The notes: generated by a model from the letters alone, not told the origin. A stretch of 64,000 nt of DNA from Eledone cirrhosa (GCA_964016885.1 OZ024745.1:57598001-57662000); one strand, 5' to 3'. Shown: positions 39,534 through 61,313, numbered from the stretch's first letter. Program-made: numbers and translations.

Positions 39534-39714
39534 CTCCAAGTAATCCCGGACAAACCACCCACACCCGGATATGTCTCCGCAAACAGTAATTCTCCTCTCG
39601 AATGGGCCATGGTGCCCAAATCCTGAATTGAAAGACCTCGCCAGGTGGTGCTATTAAGTTAGACATGGCCTGGGCCAATATTGGCCAAAACATTTCAAAG
39701 TTATTCAAAGTTAT
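39530..39714. repeat. 185-bp island duplicated at 42697-42880
   Basis: Near-identical sequence, and the flanking microsatellite interruption pattern also matches. Confidence 0.9.
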
Positions 39715-39760
39715 ATATATATATACATGTATATATATATATACATGTATATATATATAC

Positions 39761-39794
<34 letters not shown>

Positions 39795-39823
39795 GTACAT
39801 ATATATATATATATATACAGATA

Positions 39824-39895
<72 letters not shown>

Positions 39896-39896
39896 C

Positions 39897-39961
<65 letters not shown>

Positions 39962-39970
39962 CATATATAC

Positions 39971-40057
<87 letters not shown>

Positions 40058-40182
40058 CATATATACATATATACATATATATATATATATACATATATAC
40101 GTTATTCCGGGTTGAATCGGAGGTAACCACAGTAAGTAAGATACTCAATACATAGCAGAGTATAAAAGTTTTAATATAGATG

Positions 40183-40233
40183 AGATTCTACAGGACTAGA
40201 ACTGTTTCATTCATTAGAAATCATCAGGAATCT
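40183..40233 (-). ncRNA. Type-I hammerhead with canonical core and true stem III, within a PLE-end island (about 40100-40670)
   Basis: agattc-CTGATGA-T-ttc taat gaa-T-GAA-acag ttctagtc ctgt-A-gaatct. Confidence 0.8.
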
Positions 40234-40820
40234 GGGTATCAAAAAATAAAAATGGTATTTATAGGTCTCTACAAGTGGTAGGAGAGGGTGGGGAGTGGGA
40301 TGGGTGCAGGTCATTGGTTGAGAGAAAAGGGAATTCATTAAAAGCTAATTCTACAAAGCTATAGTTTATTTTTATTTATTTATGTTTTTAGAGTAACAAG
40401 GGCAGACAGAATTCTATAAACAGGTTCCGGATGGCATACCATTCCTTGTCATTAAGTTTCTCTTAAGCTAACAGATGTCTATAAAATCAGTGGGGGGTCA
40501 GTCATGGTCGATAGAATTAAAGAAAAGGGAGATTCTTTAAAAGCTAAAATCATTAAGGTTCTACTAAGTGACAAAGGTCGAGAGAATTCTGCAGACAGAT
40601 TCAAAATACTGAGTGCATATCTTACTATTATCTTCGAACTTCTCTTAAACTAATCAACTATATGCCAAAAATCAACAGACACATTCACAAAAAAACAAAA
40701 AAACATACTCACTCACACACTTACGCGCAACCATAAACACACACACAAACACATATACACACATAAAAACACACACACATATATATAAAAATATATTCAT
40801 ATACATACATATACATACAC

Positions 40821-40915
<95 letters not shown>

Positions 40916-41176
40916 TATATATATATATACACACACATATATATATACACATACACACACATACACATACATACACACACACACACATACACATATAAAT
41001 ACACTCACACACATACATACAAACACAAATATACATGTGTATACATATACACACAAATACATATAGACATATATACATACATATACACAGACACATATAC
41101 GCACACACATATATATATATATATATATACATACACACATACATACATACACATATATATACACACACATACATAT

Positions 41177-41241
<65 letters not shown>

Positions 41242-41333
41242 TACATACACACACATATACATATATATATAAAAAAAAACCATACACACACATATATACA
41301 TATACACACACATACACACAAACATATATATAC

Positions 41334-41454
<121 letters not shown>

Positions 41455-41483
41455 CATATATATATACATATATATATCTATAC

Positions 41484-41547
<64 letters not shown>

Positions 41548-41577
41548 ATATATATATACATATATATATATATACAT

Positions 41578-42007
41578 AAATGTAGGAGGTGAGTTTTATT
41601 GTAGTACAATAAAGCAATGCAGATATCGGATAAGAAGCACTCTACAGTTTGTGGGACTGGAGTATGCATAATATAAGATCAAAAGATGGTTAAAGGAGTT
41701 CAATATATTTTATTATGCGCATTTCAAAAACAAACATCATCAAACAATAATATTTGTGTTTTCATCAGATAAAACAGGAGAACATGATATGAAGGCTAAA
41801 AAAAACACTTGTTGATAGTGCAGTTTTAAATCAACATATGTTGATTTAAAACTGCACTATCAACAAGTGTTTTTTTTAGCCTTCATATCATGTTCTCCTG
41901 TTTTATCTGATGAAAACACAAATATTATTGTTTGATGATGTTTGTTTTTGAAATGCGCATAATAAAATATATTGAACTCCTTTAACCATCTTTTGATCTT
42001 ATATTAT
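41578..42007. mobile_element. Fold-back mini-element: 340-bp palindrome with two HHRs (41708-41774 -, 41901-41967 +)
   Basis: Axis 41837/41838. Motif ttttat-CTGATGA-long stem II-GAAA-tgcgc-ATA-ataaaa. Confidence 0.88.
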
Positions 42008-42045
42008 ATATACATATATACATATATACATATATATATATATAT

Positions 42046-44680
<2,635 letters not shown>

Positions 44681-44703
44681 ATATATATATACATATGTAT
44701 ATA

Positions 44704-44795
<92 letters not shown>

Positions 44796-44820
44796 CACAT
44801 ATATACATATACATATTCAC

Positions 44821-44851
<31 letters not shown>

Positions 44852-44856
44852 CATAC

Positions 44857-44897
<41 letters not shown>

Positions 44898-44917
44898 GAT
44901 AGATATATATATATAGA

Positions 44918-44953
<36 letters not shown>

Positions 44954-44984
44954 CATATATATACATATATATATACATATATAC

Positions 44985-45079
<95 letters not shown>

Positions 45080-45080
45080 C

Positions 45081-45131
<51 letters not shown>

Positions 45132-45137
45132 CATATA

Positions 45138-45212
<75 letters not shown>

Positions 45213-45218
45213 CATATA

Positions 45219-45259
<41 letters not shown>

Positions 45260-45262
45260 TAC

Positions 45263-45294
<32 letters not shown>

Positions 45295-45354
45295 ATACAT
45301 ATACATATATATATATATACATATACATATATATATATACATATATATATACAG

Positions 45355-45487
<133 letters not shown>

Positions 45488-45493
45488 CATATA

Positions 45494-45542
<49 letters not shown>

Positions 45543-45545
45543 TAC

Positions 45546-45577
<32 letters not shown>

Positions 45578-45637
45578 ATACATATACATATATATATATA
45601 TACATATACATATATATATATACATATATATATACAG

Positions 45638-45768
<131 letters not shown>

Positions 45769-46107
45769 TATATACATATATATATACATTCACATGACCT
45801 CTAGCGACCAATCAAAATTGTTTTGACCACAAGAATTCTACCTGTTTTTAACATAAAAACAGGTAGAATTCCCAAAACTAATCAGATCAGAGAAAACAGC
45901 ACAGACACTCTATCTCAAAATTATTTTTGAAATACATATATATATATACATATATATATATACATATATATATATACATATATATATATACATATATATA
46001 TACATATACATATATATATATATATATACATATATATATACATATACATATATATATATATACATATACATATATATATATACATATATATATACATATA
46101 TATATAC

Positions 46108-46274
<167 letters not shown>

Positions 46275-46507
46275 TATATACATATATATATATATACACA
46301 TATATATATATATTATGAAGAGAGAAGAAACATTTAGATATAATTAGTAATAAAATGTATCATACCTAAACTGCTCCTAGATTCCTCGACTACGTAGTTT
46401 CGTGGCATAAACAAAAACAATACATCATAAAGATATAGAGTCCTTGCGATTGGGTGCGGATGCATTCATGTATATGTGTGTGTCCGCATGTATCTGTGTG
46501 TTTCTAA

Positions 46508-46567
<60 letters not shown>

Positions 46568-46938
46568 CATGTATATATACATATATCTACATATATATAT
46601 ATACATTCACTGACCTCTACCGACCAATGAAAATTGTTTTGACCACAAGAATTCTACCTGTTTTTAACATAAAAACAGGTAGAATTCCCAAAACTAATCA
46701 GATCAGAGCAAACAGCACGGACACTCTATCACAAAATTATTTTTGAAAAGCATTTAGAAATGCGCAACCGGTAAAAACTTAAAAACTTAAAACCACAACT
46801 TAATACTAACCCATACAATCACTAAAACTCTTTTATTCCTAATTAAACCATTTTTCAACTGTGAACAATTTGTCAGCATTTTCTATTCCGTTTACCAATA
46901 TACATATATATATATATACATATATAAATACATATATC

Positions 46939-47067
<129 letters not shown>

Positions 47068-47068
47068 C

Positions 47069-47103
<35 letters not shown>

Positions 47104-47185
47104 ACATATATATATATATATATACATATATATATAGATATATATATATATATATATCTACATATATATTTATATATATATATAC

Positions 47186-47220
<35 letters not shown>

Positions 47221-47416
47221 CATATATATATACATACATATACATATATTTATTAAAATAACAGATTAAAGTTTAAGCAAAGAATCGCTGCTTTCACCCT
47301 TACTATATATACATATATATATATATAAATATATATATATATACATATATATATATACATATATATACATATATATACATATATATATATACATAAATAT
47401 ATATACATATATATAC

Positions 47417-47469
<53 letters not shown>

Positions 47470-47514
47470 GAGAGTAAAACAAAGAAGCCTTCAATACATC
47501 AAAAGTCTTTATTA

Positions 47515-47552
47515 GCCGACAATGTTTCGTCCTATTAAGGACTCATCAGGGC
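47515..47552 (-). ncRNA. Canonical minimal type-I hammerhead
   Basis: gcc-CTGATGA-gtcct taat aggac-GAAAC-att-GTC-ggc. Confidence 0.9.
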
Positions 47553-47587
47553 AATTCAAACCACAAGAAGTAATAACGGCAGATAAA

Positions 47588-49006
47588 GTAATACTTTCTT
47601 ATGTTAGTCCCAATTCTAACCACCCTAAGTCTATGATAAGCTCTATAATTAAGGGTGTATCTAATAGGATTTCCACACTTTCTAAGGACGTAGGAACTTT
47701 TAATGAACATGCGGAGTACTATAATAAGGCCCTAGCAAATTGAGGTTACTCTAGTAAAATACACTATAATAATAGTAACCTTAGAAAATCTCCGCCTACT
47801 TTTAATAATAATAACATAATATCACATAACATGGCCATGAATGGGAGTAGCAGACATAGTAACCGTAAAAATTATATGGGTGTATCTGAACCCATCCATA
47901 AGTTAAACCACCGGACTCGTAATAGTGAATATAATCCCTCTAGGAAACAAGTAGAACCCCCTGAGCGCTCACACATTGGTGATAATTTTGCTGGATCTTA
48001 TTCTGATAATGTTGCTCCTACTGATCCTATCATTGGCCCCAATCCGTTTGATGGGATTCCGGGCAGCAGAAGATCTACTGGAGGTAGAAACTGTAATAGA
48101 CTTAATGAAATGTTGGCTGATTCTACGAATGCGGCTTTAACCAATCCTTGTAGTAACCCTAGTCTCGATGGCGGGATATTTGATAATGGTAGAGTCCGTA
48201 AGAATAAAAATAGAAGGCGATTAAATACTTATTTTAACCCGCCATATAATCAGGAAGTATCAACTAATATCCCTAGGTCTTTCTTCTCCATCTTAGAGAA
48301 AAATTTCCCCCCTTCTCATAAATACCATAGTATTTTTAATAAAAATGTTATTAAACATTCATTCTCTACCACCCCTAATATTAGTTCTCATTTAGCTAGC
48401 ACTAATAATAGGAAAATTAGGGATGGATTCTCCTCTCTACATACTACTAGTCTGAACAGATCTGGCAATGAATTACCACCGGAACAGTCCTTATCTAATA
48501 GCAATCCTACGTGTAGTGCATCACCACTTGAGCCAACCAATAACACCCGGAAGTGTAATTGTAGAGTAAGTGCTAACTGCCCTTTAAACGGTAACTGCCT
48601 TTCTAAGAACATTGTCTATGCTTGCGAAGTTACAACTAATTCCTCTAATAGAACTTATATAGGCTCCACATCTAACTCTTTTAATACTAGAGTTAACTCC
48701 CATATCTCCAATTTCAAACATGTTAGGTTTAAGAATTCGACTTCTTTAGCACATTATATCTGGGATCTTAAGGGAGCTAATATACCATATAGCCTTAACT
48801 GGCGTTTAGTAGCACGCTCTAACCACCTTTCTACACATACTAAGTTTTGTAATCTCTGCATCCTTGAGACACACTATATAATTTTCTCTAGCGTACCCTT
48901 ACTTAATAGAAAGTCTGAGATATTCTCTTCTTGCCCCCGCGCTATTTCTAATTCATACTTTTATTATAAACCTAAACGTTCTAGTAGTACAAATTGTACC
49001 CATTAG
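47588..49006 (+). pseudogene. Naiad RT-thumb/linker/GIY-YIG frame with a single in-frame TGA at 47741
   Basis: LSYVSPNSNHP...YYNKALAN*GY...YFNPPYN...CNCR...CPL...C...IVY...YIGST...CNLCILE...LNRKSEIFSSCP. Confidence 0.9.
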
Positions 49007-50847
49007 CTGATATATTCCATTATTTATTTTTAGTTTAGGTTCCTTTGTTTGCCAACGTCATTATTATTATCATCATTATTACCATTGGTTTTTGATGACT
49101 CTTTATTTTAGCTCTCATAATCTTTTGGCTACTGTACCATATCTGTCTTCTAACGCATTGGATTTTCACTATTACACCTTTTGAATTATATAAGATTATA
49201 TATTTTACGCTATTTATTTTATTTTTATTTTTATTTTTATTTTTATTTTTATTTTTATTTTTACTTTCATTTTTATTTTTATTCGGATTCTTCTTTGGAT
49301 AACCCCCCCCCCCCCATGCGCACATAAACTTATTGTCATCCCCTCCAAATTGACTATGATTATATTTAACACCCCCCTCTTTTACGCTCCTTTCTATTAA
49401 GTAATATAGTATATCGACTATATTTATGCCCCTTGCATCCTCCATATATTTCTTCATTTCTGTCCCTATTGGCCTACCTTAATTCTGCTTAAGTCATTTT
49501 TTAGGTATCCTTATGTATATGATAGGAAAAAATTTTCATTCCTTTTTGTAAACATTTGTAACGAAATATTAATGTTTATAAACTTTAATTACTTAAACTA
49601 TAACTAATATTATACTGCCTTATTAGATAGTTTAAATATTTTTAATATTAATTTATCAAATAGGGTTTTCGAGTCATTTTCATGTGTTATTTCCTTAGGT
49701 TTTACTTAAATACTTAAATACTTAACTGCATGTGAGACCTAAATGCATACGTTTGTTTTTGTTTTTTAATCTCCGAGTGATTCTATTTATTTATTTATTT
49801 ATTTTATTCTATATTTTATACTGTATATTTTATTAATATTGTGCATTGCATTTACTGTCTGGCATTTACTCACTCATCCATATATATGTATGTCTACCAA
49901 CCTTGTAATTATAAGTAATTATATATTATATTATGTCAATTTATTTTATATAATATATTATATTATATTGTATTTTTTATTGTAATATTGATCCTTATCA
50001 CTTACCGTTAATTATATATAACATTATGATATGTTAAACTTTATATATCATGTAGGATCTTTGTATTTTTGTACCAACAAAATTCCTTTGGGGATATTGT
50101 ACAATTTATGTATTTTTCCTCGCCTACTCTGTAACCCAATATGAATTCATTTGTTAACTTATATATTGTTGATTATAAGTGTTAGTATATTGTATATTAT
50201 ACATCTTGGTATGTTATATTATATTATAATTATATTATTATTGTGACATCTATATTGTTTGTGTAAATTAACCGGAGATTATCCATTCTATTATATTGTA
50301 TTATATAGTATATAATTGTATTGTTTATTATTGATTATATATGCTACTTATAATTATATCATATTATTACCCCATGTATATTGGGTAGATGTATTAGTAT
50401 TATCATTATTATTATTCTCATTCCTATCATGCTCATTTTCATATTCAAACTCTTGATAAGGTTAAATTTGTGCAGTTGAAGATAGATGTGTGTATTGTTG
50501 TAGGTGTATGTGTGTGCGTGTGTGCACACATATATACATATGCATAATGTACCTTTTGATTTTCCATTGTAACTTTAATGTTGGTAAAGGTATAATTATA
50601 TTATATTACATTATATTATATATGATTCCTGATCTATATAACCACCTTTGTCTAGCTCTAGGTTTTTTTTTGCTTTGGACTATATTTGTAATATGGTTCT
50701 TAATGTCACATACATCCTTAGTAATTTTCATTATATATTTTTATTATTTTTATTATATATTTTTGCAATACTTTAGTATATGTACACACCATATTCTTCG
50801 GAGCTTCTGGCTTGTATCTGCCGTTATTACTTCTTGTTGTTTGAATT

Positions 50848-50885
50848 GCCCTGATGAGTCCTTAATAGGACGAAACATTGTCGGC
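50848..50885 (+). ncRNA. Canonical minimal type-I hammerhead (3' end of D)
   Basis: gcc-CTGATGA-gtcct taat aggac-GAAAC-att-GTC-ggc-tAATAAA. Confidence 0.9.
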
Positions 50886-51037
50886 TAATAAAGACTTTTG
50901 ATGTATTGAAGGCTTCTTTGTTTTACTCTCTTAATTTTTCGGCTCTGTTTAACTACATTGAGCTATATCCTTTTACTGTCATTTCTATAATACGAAGAGG
51001 GTGTTTAAGTCCAACACGCTCCAGTATTTTAACCTTT

Positions 51038-51071
<34 letters not shown>

Positions 51072-51097
51072 ATACATATATATAAATATGTATATAT

Positions 51098-51128
<31 letters not shown>

Positions 51129-51129
51129 C

Positions 51130-51230
<101 letters not shown>

Positions 51231-51239
51231 TATACACAC

Positions 51240-51380
<141 letters not shown>

Positions 51381-51395
51381 CATATATACATATAT

Positions 51396-51426
<31 letters not shown>

Positions 51427-51436
51427 TTTGTATATA

Positions 51437-52253
<817 letters not shown>

Positions 52254-52268
52254 CATATATATATATAC

Positions 52269-52379
<111 letters not shown>

Positions 52380-52406
52380 CATATATATATATACATATAT
52401 ATATAC

Positions 52407-52457
<51 letters not shown>

Positions 52458-52516
52458 CATATATATATATACATATATATATATATACATATATATATAT
52501 ACATATATATATATAC

Positions 52517-52593
<77 letters not shown>

Positions 52594-52595
52594 CA

Positions 52596-52629
<34 letters not shown>

Positions 52630-52630
52630 C

Positions 52631-52661
<31 letters not shown>

Positions 52662-52663
52662 CA

Positions 52664-52713
<50 letters not shown>

Positions 52714-52850
52714 CATATATATATACAAATATATATATATACATATATATATATATACATATACATATATATATACATATATATATATATATACATATAT
52801 ATATAAACATATACATATATATATATATACATATATATATACATATATAC

Positions 52851-52881
<31 letters not shown>

Positions 52882-52897
52882 CATATACATATACATA

Positions 52898-52937
<40 letters not shown>

Positions 52938-52946
52938 CATATATAT

Positions 52947-53052
<106 letters not shown>

Positions 53053-53137
53053 ATATATATACCTATATATATATATACATATATATATACATATACATAT
53101 ATATATATATACATATATATATATACATATATTTATA

Positions 53138-53172
<35 letters not shown>

Positions 53173-53181
53173 GTATACTTA

Positions 53182-53231
<50 letters not shown>

Positions 53232-53262
53232 CATATATATATATGTATACATATATATATAT

Positions 53263-54686
53263 TTAAGAGAGTAAAACAAAGAATCCTTTAATACATCAAA
53301 AGTTTTTATTAGCCGACAATGTTTCGTCCTATTAAGGACTCATCAGGGCAATCAAAACAACAAGAGGTAATTTCGGCAGATACAAGCCAGAAACTCTGAA
53401 GAATATGGAGTTTACATACACTAATGTCTTACAAAGATATACGATAATAAAAATGAAGATAAAAATAATAAAATTATAATAACTAAGGATGTAGATAACA
53501 TTAAGAACCATATTACAAATATAGTCCAAAGTCACCAACTTAAATCTAAACAAATTTGGTTATATAGAGCAGGAATTATATATAACACAGTATAATACAT
53601 TATAATAATAATATATCTATACCAACATTAAAATTCCAAATTAAAAATCAAAAGGTACAATATATACATGTATATATGTGCGCGCACACACACACACACA
53701 CATACATATTACAATACACATATCTATTTTCTATTACACAGAAATTAAGCCCTATTGGAAGTTTGAACATCAAAAATATCAAAAATAAGCATGGTAATAG
53801 TGAAAATAATGCTAATACATCTACCCAATATACATGAGGCAATAATTACAAGAAACACTTATAATAAATAATAAACAACAAAACTATATAATACAATACA
53901 ATATAATAAAGTAGAATATATATAATCTCCGGTTAATTCACCCAGTATGAATCATGTTGTACATATTGTTTATGGTAATTGTTAATATAATGTTAACAAT
54001 TTATCATTGTATTTCACTGTGACATCTATATTGTTTCTGTAAATTAACTGGAGATTATATATATTCTACTTTATTATATTGTATTGTATTATATAATTTT
54101 GTTGTTAATTATTTATTATAAGTGTTTCTTGTAATTATTGCCTCATGTATATTGGGTAGATGTATTAGCATTATTTTCACTATTACCATGCTTATTTTTG
54201 ATATTTTTGATGTTCAAACTTCCAATAGGGCTTAACTTCTGTGTAATAGAAAATAGATATGTGTATTGTAATATGTGTGTGTGTGTGTGTGTGTGTGTGC
54301 GCACATATATACATGTATATATTGTACCTTTTGATTTTTAATTTGGAATTTTTATGTTGGTATAGATATATTATTATTATTTTTATCTTCATTTTTATTA
54401 TCGTATATCTTTGTAAGACATTAGTGTATGTAAACTCCATATTCTTCAGAGTTTCTGGCTTGTATCTGCCGAAATTACCTCTTGTTGTTTTGATTGCCCT
54501 GATGAGTCCTTAATAGGGCGAAACATTGTCGGCTAATAAAAACTTTTGATGTATTAAAGGATTCTTTGTTTTACTCTCTTAATTTTTCGGCTCTGTTTAA
54601 CTGCATTGAGCTATACCTTTTACTGTCATTTCTATAATACGAAGAGGGTGTTTGACTCAAACACGCTCCAGTATTCTAATCCTTAC
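53263..54686. mobile_element. ORF-less fold-back relative of D (copy E) with HHRs at 53312-53349 (-) and 54496-54533 (+)
   Basis: Arms about 53263-53937 and 54043-54582. Same HHR and tail as D. Confidence 0.9.
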
Positions 54687-54700
54687 ATATATATATATGT

Positions 54701-54982
<282 letters not shown>

Positions 54983-54986
54983 TTAC

Positions 54987-55059
<73 letters not shown>

Positions 55060-55108
55060 TATACATATATATACATATATATATATAAATATATATACAT
55101 ATATATAC

Positions 55109-55143
<35 letters not shown>

Positions 55144-55145
55144 CA

Positions 55146-55212
<67 letters not shown>

Positions 55213-55443
55213 CATATATATATATACATATATATATATATTTATATATACATATATATATATTTTTATATATACATATATATATATATATATTTATATA
55301 TACATATATATATATACATATATATATACATATATATATATACATATATATATATACATATATATATATATACATATACATATATATATATATACATATA
55401 TATACATATATATATATATACATATACATATATATATATATAC

Positions 55444-55624
<181 letters not shown>

Positions 55625-55631
55625 CATATAC

Positions 55632-55709
<78 letters not shown>

Positions 55710-55717
55710 ATATATAC

Positions 55718-55838
<121 letters not shown>

Positions 55839-55841
55839 TAC

Positions 55842-55874
<33 letters not shown>

Positions 55875-55922
55875 CAAGCGCTCTTTGTTGTTAATTGTAC
55901 ATATATATATATATATATATAA

Positions 55923-56001
<79 letters not shown>

Positions 56002-56010
56002 CATATATAC

Positions 56011-56127
<117 letters not shown>

Positions 56128-56161
56128 CATATATACATATATATATATATACATATGTATA

Positions 56162-56199
<38 letters not shown>

Positions 56200-56243
56200 C
56201 ATATATACATATATACATATATATATATATATACATATATATG

Positions 56244-56294
<51 letters not shown>

Positions 56295-56423
56295 CGAAGG
56301 AAATGTGGTAAGGAACCAGGTGGACCATAACGCACCAAAGTACTCAATACTTGAGGTAGTAGAGTGGGTAACAATTAGCCGTCGAAACGGCTCGAGCTCA
56401 GCTGTCGGGGTCTTACTGGTTCC

Positions 56424-56460
<37 letters not shown>

Positions 56461-56467
56461 GTATATA

Positions 56468-56563
<96 letters not shown>

Positions 56564-56600
56564 TACATATATATACATATATATATATGTATACATATAC

Positions 56601-56793
<193 letters not shown>

Positions 56794-56840
56794 CATATAT
56801 ATATACATATATATATATACATATATATATATACATATAG

Positions 56841-56879
<39 letters not shown>

Positions 56880-56898
56880 CATATATATATTTACATAT

Positions 56899-56958
<60 letters not shown>

Positions 56959-57006
56959 ATATATACATATACATATATATATATACATATATATATATAC
57001 TTATAC

Positions 57007-57085
<79 letters not shown>

Positions 57086-57251
57086 TATACATATACATAT
57101 ATATATATATATACATATATATATACATATATATATACATATATATATACATATACATATATATATATATATACATATATATATACATATATATATACAT
57201 ATATATATATACATATATATATACATATATATATATATATACATAATATAC

Positions 57252-57298
<47 letters not shown>

Positions 57299-57307
57299 CA
57301 TATATAC

Positions 57308-57360
<53 letters not shown>

Positions 57361-57516
57361 TATACGTATACATATATATACATATATATACATATACATA
57401 TATATACCTATATATACATATACATTATATATACGTATATATACATTATATATACGTATACACACAAGTATGTGTGTATACGTACATACATATATGTATA
57501 AAGACGTACAGTAGCA

Positions 57517-57554
<38 letters not shown>

Positions 57555-57563
57555 TACATATAT

Positions 57564-57642
<79 letters not shown>

Positions 57643-57726
57643 CATATATATACATATATGTATATACATATACAATATATATGCATATACATATATATAC
57701 ATATACATATATATACATATACATAT

Positions 57727-57760
<34 letters not shown>

Positions 57761-57805
57761 ATACATATATATATACATATATATATATATATACAACATA
57801 TACAC

Positions 57806-57880
<75 letters not shown>

Positions 57881-57947
57881 TATATACATATACATATGGC
57901 GTAGGACAGAAGAAAGGAAAGGCACATAAACAAGGAAAGGAATCCCC

Positions 57948-57992
57948 AGTCACTGAAGAGGTCACAGAGTGTGTGACGAAAGGACTATGACT
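57948..57992 (+). ncRNA. Type-I hammerhead with extra G after A9, in island 57897-58155
   Basis: agtca-CTGAAGA-g-gtcaca gagtg tgtgac-GAAA-gga-CTA-tgact. Confidence 0.75.
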
Positions 57993-58288
57993 ATATATAA
58001 ACAACTATCTGGTTGTGGAACCAACAACCAACCAGAAATTTATAGATTTGTAGATTTGTAAATTTATAAATTTATAAATATATAATAAATTGAAGTAAAA
58101 GCAACTGGTGCGTGTGTTTCTTATTAGCAACATGACCCTCCCAAAGTATAACAATACATATATATATACATTTACATATATATATATATATATATACATA
58201 TATATACATATACATATATATATATATATATATATACACATACATATACATATATATATATGTATATATGTATATATATATATATATT

Positions 58289-58340
<52 letters not shown>

Positions 58341-58366
58341 TATACATATATATATATGTATATATG

Positions 58367-58648
<282 letters not shown>

Positions 58649-58853
58649 CATATATACATATATATTTTATTTTTATTTTCTTTTTCTTTTTTATTCTTAA
58701 TCTTATTCTTATTTTTATGTTTATTTTTATTTTACTCTTCTTATTTTGCTCCTTTTACTTTACTCTTTAAACTCCTCCCAACTTATGGTATCCCCACATA
58801 TATTCTTCTGTTTTGGCTTTGTCAATGCTTGTATACTATGTATTTACTCTTTA

Positions 58854-58899
58854 TGCTCTGAAGAGTCCCACTTCTAGTGTGGACGAAACACTGTTAGCA
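58854..58899 (+). ncRNA. Minimal type-I hammerhead in island 58665-58946
   Basis: tgct-CTGAAGA-gtcc cac ttcta gtg t ggac-GAAAC-act-GTT-agca-ATTAAA. Confidence 0.82.
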
Positions 58900-58941
58900 A
58901 TTAAAGATATACCTATGTTGTAAGCGCTCTTTGTTGTTAAT

Positions 58942-59003
<62 letters not shown>

Positions 59004-59012
59004 CATATATAC

Positions 59013-59107
<95 letters not shown>

Positions 59108-59116
59108 CATATATAC

Positions 59117-59179
<63 letters not shown>

Positions 59180-59239
59180 CATATATACATATATACATAT
59201 ATATATATATATACATATATATGTATATATATATATATG

Positions 59240-59302
<63 letters not shown>

Positions 59303-59344
59303 TTATATATATGTATATATATATGTATATATATATATATGTAC

Positions 59345-59376
<32 letters not shown>

Positions 59377-59424
59377 ATATACATATATACATATATATAC
59401 ATATATATATATGTATACATATAC

Positions 59425-59557
<133 letters not shown>

Positions 59558-59598
59558 CATATATATATACATATATATATATACATATATATATATAC

Positions 59599-59649
<51 letters not shown>

Positions 59650-59664
59650 CATATATATATTTAC

Positions 59665-59730
<66 letters not shown>

Positions 59731-59778
59731 ATATATACATATACATATATATATATACATATATATATATACTTATAC

Positions 59779-59815
<37 letters not shown>

Positions 59816-60050
59816 CATATATACATATACATATATATATATATATACATATATATATACATATATATATACATATATATATACATATACATATATATAT
59901 ATATATACATATATATATACATATATATATACATATATATATATACATATATATATACATATATATATATATATACATATATATACATATACATACATAT
60001 ATATATATACATATATATATACATATATATATATATATACATATATATAC

Positions 60051-60095
<45 letters not shown>

Positions 60096-61069
60096 GATAA
60101 ATCTACCAAGAGTTTACGGTAGTGTCCAATCCGTATGAAGAACTCAATGTATTCCGGATATCATGGAAAGAAGAGATGTAATGAAAAATCACTTTCGGTG
60201 AAAGATAAACGGTATACAGAGTCAAGATAAAATATTAAACAAATAATGAATAAACAATGAAACAGTTCCTTATATTAAACAAAAAAAGTTCATTATTTAA
60301 CGATCGTTTGTAGGATATATATGTGTTAGAATTGGCATGCATATTCAACAGATCTATGTACAAAATTATACAAAATTATACAAACTATCAAGATTAAATA
60401 TACATACCAACACATATATACGCCGTCTACAGAAATAATGAAATATATTTATTGATAATAACAACAATTCAAAATTTCAGGTCCGTTTGGGAACAAAATT
60501 GACCAATGAAAATACAAAAGGTTTAATGCAGTTCGGTGTGTGTATATACATGTAACTACCCTTACACATATTTTACAAAAATGTATGCTCAACTTGTATA
60601 CGCATACCAAAAGGATGGATGCAAATACAAAATGTCAAGGTTAATGTCTCTGTAAGTTTATAATGCACAGATAAGATGCGTATAGACACATAAATATGAA
60701 ATAAGTGTATACACATATTCTCATACTCACACATATCCGTACAATCACACACACACGCGCGTATATGCATAAACATACACATAACTACGAACATACAAAC
60801 ACACACACACCCCCACTCACATATATATATGTGGATATAAAATCCTAAGCACATGGATATTAATTCACTCACATAAACACTGGCACACACATTTAGATCA
60901 AGATACAGAAATTAGGTGGGAGGGGGGGAGAGGTCAGTATTCAACGGTTTGGGCAGACTGCTTAATATAGATGTATCTATAAACTAAGAAAATAAAAAAT
61001 AATAAATAATAAATAAACATTAAAAAGGAAAGAAAAGAAAAAGAAAAAAGAAAAAAGAAATATATCAAG

Positions 61070-61072
61070 AAA

Positions 61073-61119
<47 letters not shown>

Positions 61120-61245
61120 CATATATATACACATATATATACATATATATATACAAACACATACATACATATACACACATCCACACTTAGAACATACATA
61201 CACACACATATATAAACATATACATATACACACATACATATAAAT

Positions 61246-61313
<68 letters not shown>

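Larger units (their letters stand above)
47466..51037 (+). mobile_element. 5'-truncated Naiad PLE (copy D) with inverted partial pLTR (47466-47584)
   Basis: 47466-47584 is the reverse complement of 50815-50934. RT thumb plus GIY-YIG frame; both ends lie in (TA)n. Confidence 0.92.

Noticed and set aside
46383-46433. GAAAC-TACGTA-GTC palindromic stem III (minus strand)
   Set aside because: The 5' core (ATGATGT) and stem II are too degenerate to call a ribozyme.
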